Positions 1 through 9,768 are shown, counted from the first letter of the stretch. The stretch is DNA of 64,000 nt from a bacterium (GCA_040752695.1 JBFMGO010000010.1:96-64095); one strand, 5' to 3'. The notes: generated by a model from the letters alone, not told the origin. Made by a program: numbers and translations.

Positions 1-493
1 TTTCCAGGGACTAACTAAGCCTTTCAGATATGAAAATTTTTTCAACTAACTGTGAAAATAATTTCCTTGTCTTATCAAATTGACAAATAGAATGTTAATA
101 CTTAAATTCAGCAAACTATATGTAAAAATTTTCATATACTAGGAATTATATGTATATTTATAACCACAGCAGCATAATTTCGATAACCCATAGAGCACAA
201 TAATTTTTAGCTTGTTTTTCATAGCGAACTGGGTGTAGGGATAGAATTCATCTTCCCCCTAAGAGAGAAGGATTCCTGGAAGGGAACGCCGAGGCAGGCA
301 GGTTTCACCTATGACGGCGGACGTTACCTATTACGGCGGTCCGTGTCTGATTCTCGATGGTTAGATGGAAAGAGACTGGCGGGAAGTGCTGAACCTCAAG
401 GGAGAATAGACGTGGATAAAGTGGGTAATGCGGATAATGTGGATACTGTAGATACTGCGGAGATATTGATAGATGGAGATAATGTGGATATTT

Positions 494-1723
494 TTACTCA
501 GCGGTGGTAATCCGGACCGTTCTTGTGACCTCCATTGCCCGGTCTACTGCCTCGTCCCGTGTAGGTCCTTGAGTTATGACAAAACCGGCCCTTTGGGTGT
601 GATTTGATACCGGCTCGATCAGATCACCCGGCTTGACGAAGAAGCCAAGGCGATGCACCCATGGAGTATTGGCAAACCGGTCATGGTTTCTGATTTCTAC
701 AACCCGGCCAGGCTCAGGGAAAAAATACCGGATGGCAACCCCTTTCCGGCAGCGTGGAATCAGATCCTCCTTCGTTACCTTTTCGCCGAGAGCTAACCGG
801 ATGGCTGCACCAACGATATCGACACCGGTTGCCAAAGGGATCTGGTCTGTAGAAAACCAGCCGCCGGATAAGCGGGCTGCAATCTCGATCACTTTCGGCC
901 CGGCTTCGGTCAGGATCATGTCCCCTTTGGCAATGCCGGTCTGAATGCCCAGGGAACGGCCTGCATCTTCAGCCAGACGTGCCACAGCCTTTTGCTGTGC
1001 GGGAGGTAAGGCGGATGGCTGCTGGCCTCCGTTTTCGATCATATAAGGGGCGAAACGGTCCAGGTATTCGTAATTGCGGTCGGTAAACCCTGGCGTATAA
1101 GCGCCCTCTTCGAGCAGCACGGATTCAGTACTGATCTGCGGACCTTCCAGATATTCTTCCGCCATGATCCGGCCGCTGGGAGAAAAATTGAGCGCATGGT
1201 GATACGCCCATACAAGATCGATATCGGGGCTGAGTTTTAACACACCCCGTGCTCCACGGCTATCCACCGGTTTGAGAACGAGCGGAAAGCCGCAGTCGTT
1301 CAAAAGATCCTGCAAGTGGGCCGGCGATTCAACCGGGCTGAACCAGGGAACCGGAATATGGGATTCCACAAAGCGCTGCTTCATGGCGAGTTTATCCATG
1401 GCCAGACGTGCCGTTTCAAGAGAAATGCCCGGTAGACCCAGGCTGTCAGCCACACTGGCCACCGTGAGAGGAACATCAGAGGCTATGCAGATCACCCCGT
1501 CAATGGGCCGGACCGTACGATGGTATTTGCGCGCAGCCTCTTTCGTTGCCTCGCTGTCATACGTACTGACCACAATCCGATCATCCGCAACGGCAAAACC
1601 TGGAGCATGCGGATTCAGATCACTCACCACCACATGGAGTCCCATTTTCCTGGCGGTCATGATTCCGGGCACTGCCTCGGATCCCCCGCTGACTATCCAT
1701 AGTGTCTTCATCAGCCTCTTCAT
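494..1723 (-). CDS. ATP-grasp domain carboxylate-amine ligase (paralog 1 of 3)
   Basis: 409 aa. N-terminal Rossmann-like block 'VVSDLNPHAPGFAVADD' and central 'PLVLKPVDSRGARGV' are ATP-grasp-like. The N-terminal motif D(L/Q)NP(H/R)APG is shared with the ORFs at 6569-7552 and 7545-8711. Terminal gene of the minus-strand pse operon. Confidence 0.7.
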   Translation of the reverse strand: MKRLMKTLWIVSGGSEAVPGIMTARKMGLHVVVSDLNPHAPGFAVADDRIVVSTYDSEATKEAARKYHRTVRPIDGVICIASDVPLTVASVADSLGLPGISLETARLAMDKLAMKQRFVESHIPVPWFSPVESPAHLQDLLNDCGFPLVLKPVDSRGARGVLKLSPDIDLVWAYHHALNFSPSGRIMAEEYLEGPQISTESVLLEEGAYTPGFTDRNYEYLDRFAPYMIENGGQQPSALPPAQQKAVARLAEDAGRSLGIQTGIAKGDMILTEAGPKVIEIAARLSGGWFSTDQIPLATGVDIVGAAIRLALGEKVTKEDLIPRCRKGVAIRYFFPEPGRVVEIRNHDRFANTPWVHRLGFFVKPGDLIEPVSNHTQRAGFVITQGPTRDEAVDRAMEVTRTVRITTAE

Positions 1724-2502
1724 CCGAAATACATCCCGCCGTTCACGTTTAAGGTCTGGCCGCTCATGGAGCCGGCAGCCTCACTGGCCAGAAACACGAC
1801 AGCCGCAGCCACTTCCTCGACCGTAGAAATCCTGCCGATGGGAATGTTTCGCACCTTTTCCTGCCCGAAAGGAGTATGAAGTTCCGCCGCAGCCATATCG
1901 GTATCCACCAGTCCTGGAGCGACAGCGTTAACGGTGATTCCACAGGCGCTGTAAATCCTGGCCAACGACCGGGTCAGATTGATCAGTCCGGCCTTGGCGG
2001 CAGCGTAATGGACCTGATTGAATCCTCCCCACTGCCCGCCTATGGACGATATGTTGATGATCCTGCCCCACCCTTTTCGGATCATGTCCGGCAGTGCCTC
2101 CTGGCAGCAGGCAAAAGGACCCCTTAAATTTATCGCCATCATGTGGTCCCAGTCCTCATCCGTTATTGAATCAAATGGCTTTTCCTGGGAAATGGCAGCA
2201 TTATTTACCAGGATATCGATGGGGCCAAGGCATCTTTTCACTTCTGTCAGAGCCTTCCTTATGCTGCTTCGATTTTCAACATCCATGGGGACTGCCGCTG
2301 CCTTAAGGGGTAGGGGGACTGCTGCCGCCTGATGAGCGCATTTCCCGTTTATGCACGTAACAACCTGTTCAGCAAGATCCCTGTTGGTCTTATAGGTCAA
2401 GCCGACCCGCAGGCCAGATTCAGCCAGGGCGAGAGCTATTCCCCGGCCAATCCCCCTGCTTCCCCCTGCAACGAGAGCTACACGGATTTTCGAGCAATTC
2501 AT
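1720..2502 (-). CDS. SDR family NAD(P)-dependent oxidoreductase (FabG-like)
   Basis: 260 aa. Glycine-rich cofactor motif 'GGSRGIGRGIALAL', 'NNAAI', catalytic 'YAAAKAG' (YxxxK). 4-nt overlap with the ATP-grasp gene. Confidence 0.85.
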   Translation of the reverse strand: MNCSKIRVALVAGGSRGIGRGIALALAESGLRVGLTYKTNRDLAEQVVTCINGKCAHQAAAVPLPLKAAAVPMDVENRSSIRKALTEVKRCLGPIDILVNNAAISQEKPFDSITDEDWDHMMAINLRGPFACCQEALPDMIRKGWGRIINISSIGGQWGGFNQVHYAAAKAGLINLTRSLARIYSACGITVNAVAPGLVDTDMAAAELHTPFGQEKVRNIPIGRISTVEEVAAAVVFLASEAAGSMSGQTLNVNGGMYFG

Positions 2503-3444
2503 TCATGCCCCCTTTTTTCGTTTAAGAACCTTTCTCACCGCTTTTTGAACAGCCTCACTGTCGAGCCCGTATTTTATGGCCAGATCCGCCGGATCTCCCG
2601 ATTCCGCGAACAGGTCTCTTATTCCTACCCTCTCCAGGGGGACGGGAATGGTGTCTGCAATAGTTTCAGCAACTGCCCCTCCCAGTCCTCCAATGATGGT
2701 ATGATCCTCCGCTGTGACCACTGCACCTGTCTTCAAGGCGGAATCGGCGATCAACTCCCGGTCGATCGGTTTAATGGTGGACATGTTGATCACGCGGCAC
2801 AAAAGGCCTTCCTTCGCCTTAAGGGTATCGGCTGCATCCAGAGCCCGGTGGACCATAACCCCTACGGCTATGATCGTTGCATCGCGCCCTTCTCTGAGTA
2901 TCTTTCCCCTGCCAAGCTCAAAATCTACCTGCTCGTCAAAGATATCCGGTATCGGGCTTCGGCCGGTTCTCAGGTAAACCGGCCCTGCGGTATCGAGGAC
3001 GACCGGCAAGGCCTTTTTCAACTCAAAAGGATCCGCTGGTGCCACGATGCGAAAATTCGGAATCGACCTATAGATAGCCATATCCTCTATGGCCTGGTGT
3101 GTCGGTCCGTCCGGGCCGACATCCAGACCCAGATGGCTGGCCGCGATCTTGACATGAAAGTTAGGGTAAGCAATGGAATTTCTCGCCTGTTCAAGAGCGC
3201 GCATGGAAGCAAAGACAGCATAGCAGGTCACGACGGGAATGATACCTGTCGTGGATAATCCGGCGGCTACGGACATCATGTTCTGCTCGGCTATGGCGCA
3301 CTGGATAAAGCGGTCAGGAAAGGCCTCCCTGAAAATATGCGTACCGGTCCCGCCGGCCACATCGGCGTCCAGCACGACGAAGTCGTTTCTCACCCTGGCC
3401 AGATCAACCAAAGCCTGACCGAATGTCTCCCTCATGGTTTTCAT
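2503..3444 (-). CDS. transketolase, C-terminal (pyrimidine-binding) subunit
   Basis: 313 aa. 'IAEQNMMSVAAGLS...GPDGPTHQAIEDMAIYRSIPN' is typical of the Pyr/C-terminal half of a split transketolase. Abuts the SDR gene. Confidence 0.85.
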   Translation of the reverse strand: MKTMRETFGQALVDLARVRNDFVVLDADVAGGTGTHIFREAFPDRFIQCAIAEQNMMSVAAGLSTTGIIPVVTCYAVFASMRALEQARNSIAYPNFHVKIAASHLGLDVGPDGPTHQAIEDMAIYRSIPNFRIVAPADPFELKKALPVVLDTAGPVYLRTGRSPIPDIFDEQVDFELGRGKILREGRDATIIAVGVMVHRALDAADTLKAKEGLLCRVINMSTIKPIDRELIADSALKTGAVVTAEDHTIIGGLGGAVAETIADTIPVPLERVGIRDLFAESGDPADLAIKYGLDSEAVQKAVRKVLKRKKGA

Positions 3445-3457
3445 AATTCGAAGGTCC

Positions 3458-4315
3458 TTATAAGCCGCATTCTCTCAATGCGCGGATTCTGTCTTCTCCC
3501 ACAGGAGCGAGGCTGCCGTGCCACCTGGGGTTATTTTCCATAAAAGAAATGCCCTTGCCTTTGATCGTATGAGCAAGGATTATGCTGGGTTGACCCTTTA
3601 TCTTTTTTGCACGGTCAAAGGCATGGCCGATTTCCTGAAAGCTGTGTCCGTCGATTTCCATAACGTACCAGCCGAAAGCCTTGAACTTTTCAACAAGGGG
3701 CTCTAAGGCAGTTACCCTGCTGCAAAGATCGTCACTTTGATATTTATTGTAATCGACTAGGGCTGCCAGGTTATCGAGCCGGTGATGCGCACCGAACATC
3801 ATGCCCTCCCATACCTGTCCCTCATCGAGTTCCCCATCTCCCAATAATACATAGACCCTGAAGCTTCTATGGGAGCGCTTTCCTCCGAGGGCACATCCTA
3901 AAGCGAAGGAGAATCCCTGGCCAAGCGATCCGGAATTAAATTCGACTCCCGGCGTTTTCAGCCGGTCGGGGTGCCCCTGGAGCCTGCTGTCGATATGACG
4001 AAAATTTTTGAATTCTTCGGTGCTGAAAAAACCTTTCTGGGCCAGGACAGCATACAGTACGAGGCAGGAATGCCCTTTGGAAAGGATGAACCTGTCCCGA
4101 TCGGGATCCTGGAAGTTTTCAGCAAAAAAGTTGATCTCGCGATGAAACAGATAGGTTATCATTTCCACACAAGACAAAGAGCCGCCCGGATGCCCTGAGC
4201 CTGCATGGCAGTTCATGGTTACGATATGCTTTCGCAATTCAGCGGCCTTCCCCTCGAGCTCTTGGATAAGTCGCTTTTCATCGGTCATGAACTGGCCTTT
4301 CATCAGGTGCGGCAT
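3458..4315 (-). CDS. transketolase, N-terminal (TPP-binding) subunit
   Basis: 285 aa. 'SGHPGGSLS', 'GDGELDEGQVWEG' and 'HRLDNL' are thiamine-diphosphate binding motifs of the split transketolase N-terminal subunit. Confidence 0.85.
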   Translation of the reverse strand: MPHLMKGQFMTDEKRLIQELEGKAAELRKHIVTMNCHAGSGHPGGSLSCVEMITYLFHREINFFAENFQDPDRDRFILSKGHSCLVLYAVLAQKGFFSTEEFKNFRHIDSRLQGHPDRLKTPGVEFNSGSLGQGFSFALGCALGGKRSHRSFRVYVLLGDGELDEGQVWEGMMFGAHHRLDNLAALVDYNKYQSDDLCSRVTALEPLVEKFKAFGWYVMEIDGHSFQEIGHAFDRAKKIKGQPSIILAHTIKGKGISFMENNPRWHGSLAPVGEDRIRALRECGL

Positions 4316-5432
4316 AAAGAATAGTCTCGAACAGAATCTGGGTATGGTGCCCCAGATAGAATGTATACTGCGGATTCATGCTTTTGATGAATAAGGGGAT
4401 GTCCCACAAGTCACTGGCCTTGTGATATACGCACACTTGCAGCTTGGGGCCATAGCGCCTGATTGCCTTTCGAGCGCCGGTCAAGGCTTCAAGTTCCGCC
4501 CCCTCGATATCCATTTTTATCAGGTCGACTGTAGAATTCCTCGTGCTTAAGAATGTATCCAGGCAAAGCAAATCGACTCTTTCATCCCCTTGAGAAGACA
4601 TATGATGCTGCTTGGTGTCTTTGGATGTGTGGAGAAATAAATGACAATCATCGCTCCATAATCCTGCCCTGACTGGTACGATAATACTGTCCAATCCTTC
4701 CTCTTTTATCATTTCCAGCAATGAATGATAGTTTTTCGTTTCAGGCTCGAAGGAAAATATGCTGCATTTCAGATCCAGTCCTCTGGCAAAATTCAGGGCA
4801 GTATCGCCTATCCATGCTCCTCCGTCGATGATAATATCTCCTGTTTCAGGGCTCACCATCGGATTATGGTAAGGTTCGAAAGAAGCAATTTCCAAACAGG
4901 CCGGATCCAGGGTCAGCCTATACCTGATAATCGACAGCAGGGTCTTTTTCGACCACTCATCCTCTAACAGATTATATACATTTTCTATTTCTTCCAGGTG
5001 GTTAAAAATGATATCCGGATTAAAATGCTCCTTCCATCTTTCAGACTCGTGCAAGTCACCATTTTCGCCAGAGCCACCATTATCGCTTTGCAGGTTCGAG
5101 AGAGGGCCAAAATCAAAATAGTTCTTTATTCCCATGTCCCGAAGCTGCAAAGCTATTTCCCTGGCCCAGTCGCTGGCGATGCATACATAATTATCGTGGG
5201 TCAACAGCTTTTGGGGCCCAAAAACTTTTACCGAGTCAATAGACATCCCCTGTTTCTTTGGATCATTATCACAAAAGAACAGCACTTCTTTCCTGTTCTT
5301 TTCGAGATAATTTTTAGCATATCTTCCAGCATTTCCAGCCCCGAAGATAACGACCTTATCCAGCCTGTCCAAAGCCCCGGCAGCAGATATAATTTCATCC
5401 TTGAATGAATCAATGAATTGCTTAATAGCCAT
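4278..5432 (-). CDS. FkbM family methyltransferase with N-terminal NAD(P)-binding-like domain
   Basis: 384 aa. C-terminal 'IIIDGGAWIGDTALNFA...FSFEPETKNY...MDIEGAELEAL' matches the FkbM SAM-dependent methyltransferase family. N-terminal 'VVIFGAGNAGRYA' is Rossmann-like. Confidence 0.65.
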   Translation of the reverse strand: MAIKQFIDSFKDEIISAAGALDRLDKVVIFGAGNAGRYAKNYLEKNRKEVLFFCDNDPKKQGMSIDSVKVFGPQKLLTHDNYVCIASDWAREIALQLRDMGIKNYFDFGPLSNLQSDNGGSGENGDLHESERWKEHFNPDIIFNHLEEIENVYNLLEDEWSKKTLLSIIRYRLTLDPACLEIASFEPYHNPMVSPETGDIIIDGGAWIGDTALNFARGLDLKCSIFSFEPETKNYHSLLEMIKEEGLDSIIVPVRAGLWSDDCHLFLHTSKDTKQHHMSSQGDERVDLLCLDTFLSTRNSTVDLIKMDIEGAELEALTGARKAIRRYGPKLQVCVYHKASDLWDIPLFIKSMNPQYTFYLGHHTQILFETILYAAPDERPVHDR

Positions 5433-5477
5433 ACCTATCCCTCAGCCCGAAAAAAAACATGATCATATCCTTTCCGC

Positions 5478-6533
5478 TTATGATAAACGCATCTCATCGT
5501 AGATGTATCTGTCACCTTCGATCCGCAAAGTTACAGCTATGGCCGGTGCCCCGCCTTTGCCTTTGTTCTGCAGCAAAGGGACGCAAGAGCGCCGGTAAAT
5601 GTCATTTCCAAGACAGAGGGGAGTAATGACCAGAAGGTCGAAATGGCTGTCAAAGGCTTCAGCACAGCTTTTGACCGGGTATCCGCAAAATATGGTTCCC
5701 TGCTCTTCGGATAATCCCGAACAAAGAGTAATCCCTTTATCGTGCAGGTGGCGCAGCAGAACTTCGCAAACCGTTCCTGCACCGTATATGAGAATATCCG
5801 CCGCTTCATTCAGTGTATGTGCCAATGCTTCCGAGATCCCGGAGCGATAGCGGCGGGTAATGAACTTTGGTTCGACATACCGGTCGACGATCGATTTCCA
5901 GATAGTTTTCTCGATCCCATAGCTGGTGGAACTCAACGCTTTATCAGGATTCGACTTGGTGCTTTTACCGCTGTGATAAAGATAGTGATCGATTACCCTC
6001 ACCCTGGCCCCATGTTTACGCGCCTGGCTCATAAAGATGAATTCGCCCCAGCGGTTTTGCCCCTCTTCAGGGAAGCGGGGGATAGATTTGAAAATGCCGG
6101 CCTTGACCATCATGAGGCATCCGCACACAGAATCGCAGGGCCGGCAGCCGAAGGGAGCAGCCTCGGTCCGCAAGCATGACCGGTCTTTTGGTTCCAGCGT
6201 TATCCTTTCATCGACCTGAACCAGGTCATAGCCGCGATCCTGTACCCTGTCGGTACCCGGATACAACATACCGAAACCCAGAATATCCCCCTGGCTGTAA
6301 TTGGCAGTTAAGGCATCGTACCAGCCGGGGGTAAACTCTATGTCATCGCCGACGAAGAGAATATCCTGATCCACTCCGGCTAGGGATAAGGCATAGTTGA
6401 GTGTCCGCTCGCGAAAATCCCGCTCGGCCACCAGGAAAAGATCGAAGCCGTCTCCAGGGATAGTGTCGAGCAGAGAATCGATACACGTGCGGGCAGCCCT
6501 TTTGCCCAAAGCACTTAAGATCACAATCTTCAT
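5478..6533 (-). CDS. glycosyltransferase-like protein (GT-A fold, putative)
   Basis: 351 aa. 'LFVGDDIEFTPGW' is a DxD-like motif. C-terminal 'ILIYGAGTVCE' is Rossmann-like. Assignment is weak. Confidence 0.4.
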   Translation of the reverse strand: MKIVILSALGKRAARTCIDSLLDTIPGDGFDLFLVAERDFRERTLNYALSLAGVDQDILFVGDDIEFTPGWYDALTANYSQGDILGFGMLYPGTDRVQDRGYDLVQVDERITLEPKDRSCLRTEAAPFGCRPCDSVCGCLMMVKAGIFKSIPRFPEEGQNRWGEFIFMSQARKHGARVRVIDHYLYHSGKSTKSNPDKALSSTSYGIEKTIWKSIVDRYVEPKFITRRYRSGISEALAHTLNEAADILIYGAGTVCEVLLRHLHDKGITLCSGLSEEQGTIFCGYPVKSCAEAFDSHFDLLVITPLCLGNDIYRRSCVPLLQNKGKGGAPAIAVTLRIEGDRYIYDEMRLS

Positions 6534-6568
6534 ATCATTTCATCCCTCTTCATTATTGCCCTTATCCA

Positions 6569-7552
6569 TCATATGGATGTAAAGGTAAAGCCACGTGCGG
6601 GTGTCCCCTGAATAATGAGCGGCCGGCACAAGCGGGGCCAGGGAAGAAACCCGGAAGGGTCGCTTTGCAGATAGAAACGGGTATAGGCAAGGGGCAAGTC
6701 AAGTCCGAGGTGCTCATAGAGCAGATGGAGGCGAAGCGGAGGGTCGAGGCCGATATCGATCACATACCAGCCGGTTTCATTTACGATGAGGTCGAATTTG
6801 GTCAGCACGTTCAAAAGTCCCAGTGACGATATCAATCCGTGCAGCTTTCGGATCACCCCGGCGTGACCCGGCCCCAGCGTTCGCACGGGAAGTGCGGCTG
6901 CATCGGTGAGCTTCAGAAAGACAGCAGCTTGACCTGCATAGAGGTTCACCCGAAAATGGGTTCCTTCCACCTCTTCCTGGAGAAGGAAATGGCGGCGGTA
7001 GAAAAGATCGAACCTTTGCGGAAGCGATGGGATCTGACCATTCTTGATGCGGTAACAATAGGAGGGCGATTTTCCATAATCAGATTTCAGGAAATAAACC
7101 TTTCCCGGATCAGGCACGCATGGCCTGGCAGGATCGCTGGCTCCCTCTCCGGCAGGGCCATCACCGGCAGGATCGAACAGGCATGTTGGAGGCACTGGAA
7201 TGCCGTGCTCAGCGAAAGAGGCATAGTACCTGGTTTTATCGAGGCAGATATCGACCGTATTACGGCTGATAAAGGGAATCTTTAAAGCATCGGCTACCTG
7301 GGACGCTCCTTCATAGGCAAAATGGGCTGCTGCCGTAAAGACGCAGTCTTTCTCCTGAAAGCCTTCGTTTTTGGCTGCGGCCAGGAGCCCTTCGGTATCC
7401 GTGTAGCCGACACGATAAAACCGGTCGGCCAGGGCTGCACCGGGAGCCCTGGGATTCAGATCAGTGCCGATTACCGTAAACCCAAGCTTCTGTGCTGCCT
7501 GTAAATAAGGGATCTGATCATGATTGCACCCGAGGAAAAGCACCTTAGGCAT
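6569..7552 (-). CDS. ATP-grasp domain protein (paralog 2 of 3, putative)
   Basis: The ORF track gives 341 aa; the likely true start is MPKVLFLG (about 7552). 'VIGTDLNPRAPGAALAD' is paralogous to the N-termini of the 494-1723 and 7545-8711 proteins. 'KVYFLKSDYGKS' is an ATP-grasp-like B-loop. Confidence 0.5.
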   Translation of the reverse strand: MPKVLFLGCNHDQIPYLQAAQKLGFTVIGTDLNPRAPGAALADRFYRVGYTDTEGLLAAAKNEGFQEKDCVFTAAAHFAYEGASQVADALKIPFISRNTVDICLDKTRYYASFAEHGIPVPPTCLFDPAGDGPAGEGASDPARPCVPDPGKVYFLKSDYGKSPSYCYRIKNGQIPSLPQRFDLFYRRHFLLQEEVEGTHFRVNLYAGQAAVFLKLTDAAALPVRTLGPGHAGVIRKLHGLISSLGLLNVLTKFDLIVNETGWYVIDIGLDPPLRLHLLYEHLGLDLPLAYTRFYLQSDPSGFLPWPRLCRPLIIQGTPARGFTFTSI

Positions 7553-8711
7553 AGGCCGATGCCCTCTCATTTTCGCGCCAGGCCCTAATGGCACGCTGTA
7601 AGGAGGAACGGTCCTGAGCAGTCAAGACGGTATGCGGACGGTCAGTCACCAGCCCCTCGCCCTGGCCGTAGATTACCGCAGCCGGACTGAATGCAGGAGC
7701 TGCCAATACTGGACCGGGCAACGGTTGGCAACTGCCGCTCATGAACGCGCTTTCATCCATTAATGTTCGGATGAGAAACGCGGGGACGTCAGACGAACTG
7801 CAAGCAGGCATCAATGCCTCCAGGATCAGGTCCCCTCCCAGATCAAGGTGGAGCTCTATCAGCCGGGGAGGACCGCCAAAGTCGCAGCGGCACGACATCA
7901 TAAAAGGAGAGGTGTCGAGCCTGAAACTGTCGGCAATCTTTTGAGCGAGAGCCAGAATCATGGCCTCTTCAGGCATCCCGCTCAGTATCGAAGGAATAGC
8001 GGCACCGATGCCGCGGACCTCTCCTGCACCGCAGATATTTCCCTTCGCATCGACTTCATTCAGCTCATCAGCCAGAGTGATAGGTATGATCCGTCCCTTC
8101 TTTACCAGGGCTATGAGTGAAACGTCATATCCCGGCACATATTCTTCAATATTAACCATACCGTTCATTGATGCGTGCCTTGCGGCAGCAAATGCTTCAG
8201 CCAGACACGATTCATCCGTTACCCGGCATACGCCGCTTTTGCCGACCAATGACAGGGAGGGCTTTACGATACAGGGAAAAACCAGTTTGGCCCGGTCGAT
8301 TTGTGAAAGAGACGATGCCGACTGGCAAAGGGGTGCGGCAATGCCGAGAGAAGAGCAGGCTGACATCAATCGTGATTTATGTACGATACTATGGGCTGAA
8401 GCGGGAGGAACGCCCGGCAGCCCGAAGGCCTGGCAGATTTCGGCACAACTGATTACCGGAGGTCCTGAAGAGCGGTTGATTACGCCCATGAACCGGTATT
8501 CGGTCTGAAAAGCACGCAGTCTTTCAATAATCGGCTGCGCTTCATAGGTACTTAACGTAAGCCGTTCATTACACAGAGCGAATCCCGGAGCATGAGGATT
8601 TTGATCGACAGCCAGTACGGCCAATCCCAGTTCTTTTGATTTTTGGATTACCAAAAGCTGCGATTTCCCGGCACCAAGGCAAATAACCGATGGCTCCCTA
8701 GAGTTCGCCAC
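7545..8711 (-). CDS. ATP-grasp domain carboxylate-amine ligase (paralog 3 of 3)
   Basis: 388 aa. 'LAVDQNPHAPGFALCNE' and 'FPCIVKPSLSLVGKSGV' resemble the 494-1723 protein. Confidence 0.65.
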   Translation of the reverse strand: MANSREPSVICLGAGKSQLLVIQKSKELGLAVLAVDQNPHAPGFALCNERLTLSTYEAQPIIERLRAFQTEYRFMGVINRSSGPPVISCAEICQAFGLPGVPPASAHSIVHKSRLMSACSSLGIAAPLCQSASSLSQIDRAKLVFPCIVKPSLSLVGKSGVCRVTDESCLAEAFAAARHASMNGMVNIEEYVPGYDVSLIALVKKGRIIPITLADELNEVDAKGNICGAGEVRGIGAAIPSILSGMPEEAMILALAQKIADSFRLDTSPFMMSCRCDFGGPPRLIELHLDLGGDLILEALMPACSSSDVPAFLIRTLMDESAFMSGSCQPLPGPVLAAPAFSPAAVIYGQGEGLVTDRPHTVLTAQDRSSLQRAIRAWRENERASAYA

Positions 8712-9768
8712 TCCTCATCCTCTCGGCCACGAGCAGGGCGATTCTCTCCGCTCCCCGGCCATCGACAGGCCGACGGATCATTTTTTCACCATCGGCTATC
8801 CTGGCTAAAAGCTCCCTGACCGCATCGGCCAGCATCTCTTCGCTCACCTGGCTGAACACGCCCAGGCTCTTTCCCATACCTGCATCGACCAGGCATGTAG
8901 ATGATGCGAAATGGTCCTGAGTCAGGCACACATAAATGGCCGGGATACCTAAAGCTGCCAGCTCATAGGCCGTAACCCCGAACGAGGTTACCGCTAAAGA
9001 CGAGTGGGCCATGAGAGCAGGCATGTCGGTAACACAGGACTTTACCGTGTAGCTTCGGCGTGCCGCAGCCAGCAGGCTTTTCAGCTCTTCATTATGCGGA
9101 AAGGCAGGACCAAGCACAAGCACGGTTTCAAAATCCTCATACAGAAGATCGAGCGCAGCAACGGCCTTCAGGGTCAGTCCTTCAGGGTCGCTCCCTCCCA
9201 TGGTCACCAGCACTACGGGCCGCCGCGGATGTTCCCGTACTGGCGAGGATTCATGGAATGACCTGGGCTGCGGGCGATGACTCAATTCCCGGCGCAACAC
9301 CACCCACTCCCATCCCGTATACAGTTGCCCGCTAAAACCGCTCCAGTCGAGATTTTGCACCTGGGGTACAGGTGGATAAAAGGCCAGGTCTGCCGCCAGT
9401 CTCCTTTCACTGGGATCATCCAGAGCCACGACCAAAACGCCCTGCCTGCGCCAGGTATCCACTGCATCTCTTTGCAGATCATCCCGTACATCGAGGATCA
9501 GGGCACCAGCCCCAACCTGGCTGATCGATCCATCGAGCCACCGGATGTAATCAAAAGCCTCATCATCTGCCTGCTGCGGGGTCGCCAGGACCGGATACCC
9601 TTTCTGCCTCACCATGTCAAAGGCAAGCGGGCTTTCGCGCATGGCAAAGGCACTCGGAACATGATGCACCTGGCTCAATTCATCAGCCAGGGCCAGACAG
9701 CGAACTACAGACCCGAAGCCGATTTCTCTTGAGCCGTCACAGCGAAACAAAATAGTCTTCTTTCCCAT
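8698..9768 (-). CDS. pseG: UDP-2,4-diacetamido-2,4,6-trideoxy-beta-L-altropyranose hydrolase (PseG-like, GT28 C-terminal fold)
   Basis: 356 aa. 'ILFRCDGSREIGFGSVVRCLALADEL' is the PseG N-terminal signature. C-terminal 'MGGSDPEGLTLK...SFGVTAYELAALGIPAIYV' is a MurG-like domain. Sits inside the pse cluster. Confidence 0.7.
   Translation of the reverse strand: MGKKTILFRCDGSREIGFGSVVRCLALADELSQVHHVPSAFAMRESPLAFDMVRQKGYPVLATPQQADDEAFDYIRWLDGSISQVGAGALILDVRDDLQRDAVDTWRRQGVLVVALDDPSERRLAADLAFYPPVPQVQNLDWSGFSGQLYTGWEWVVLRRELSHRPQPRSFHESSPVREHPRRPVVLVTMGGSDPEGLTLKAVAALDLLYEDFETVLVLGPAFPHNEELKSLLAAARRSYTVKSCVTDMPALMAHSSLAVTSFGVTAYELAALGIPAIYVCLTQDHFASSTCLVDAGMGKSLGVFSQVSEEMLADAVRELLARIADGEKMIRRPVDGRGAERIALLVAERMRSGEL

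Noticed and set aside
1272-1826. Long ORFs antisense to well-supported genes. Examples: 1272-1826(+), 2332-3258(+), 28525-29571(-), 30201-30968(-), 47100-48089(-), 47731-48450(-), 60750-61439(+), 58855-59172(+).
   Set aside because: They lie opposite CDSs with clear family motifs. They have low-complexity Arg/Pro/Ser-rich translations typical of GC-rich antisense frames, and no RBS.
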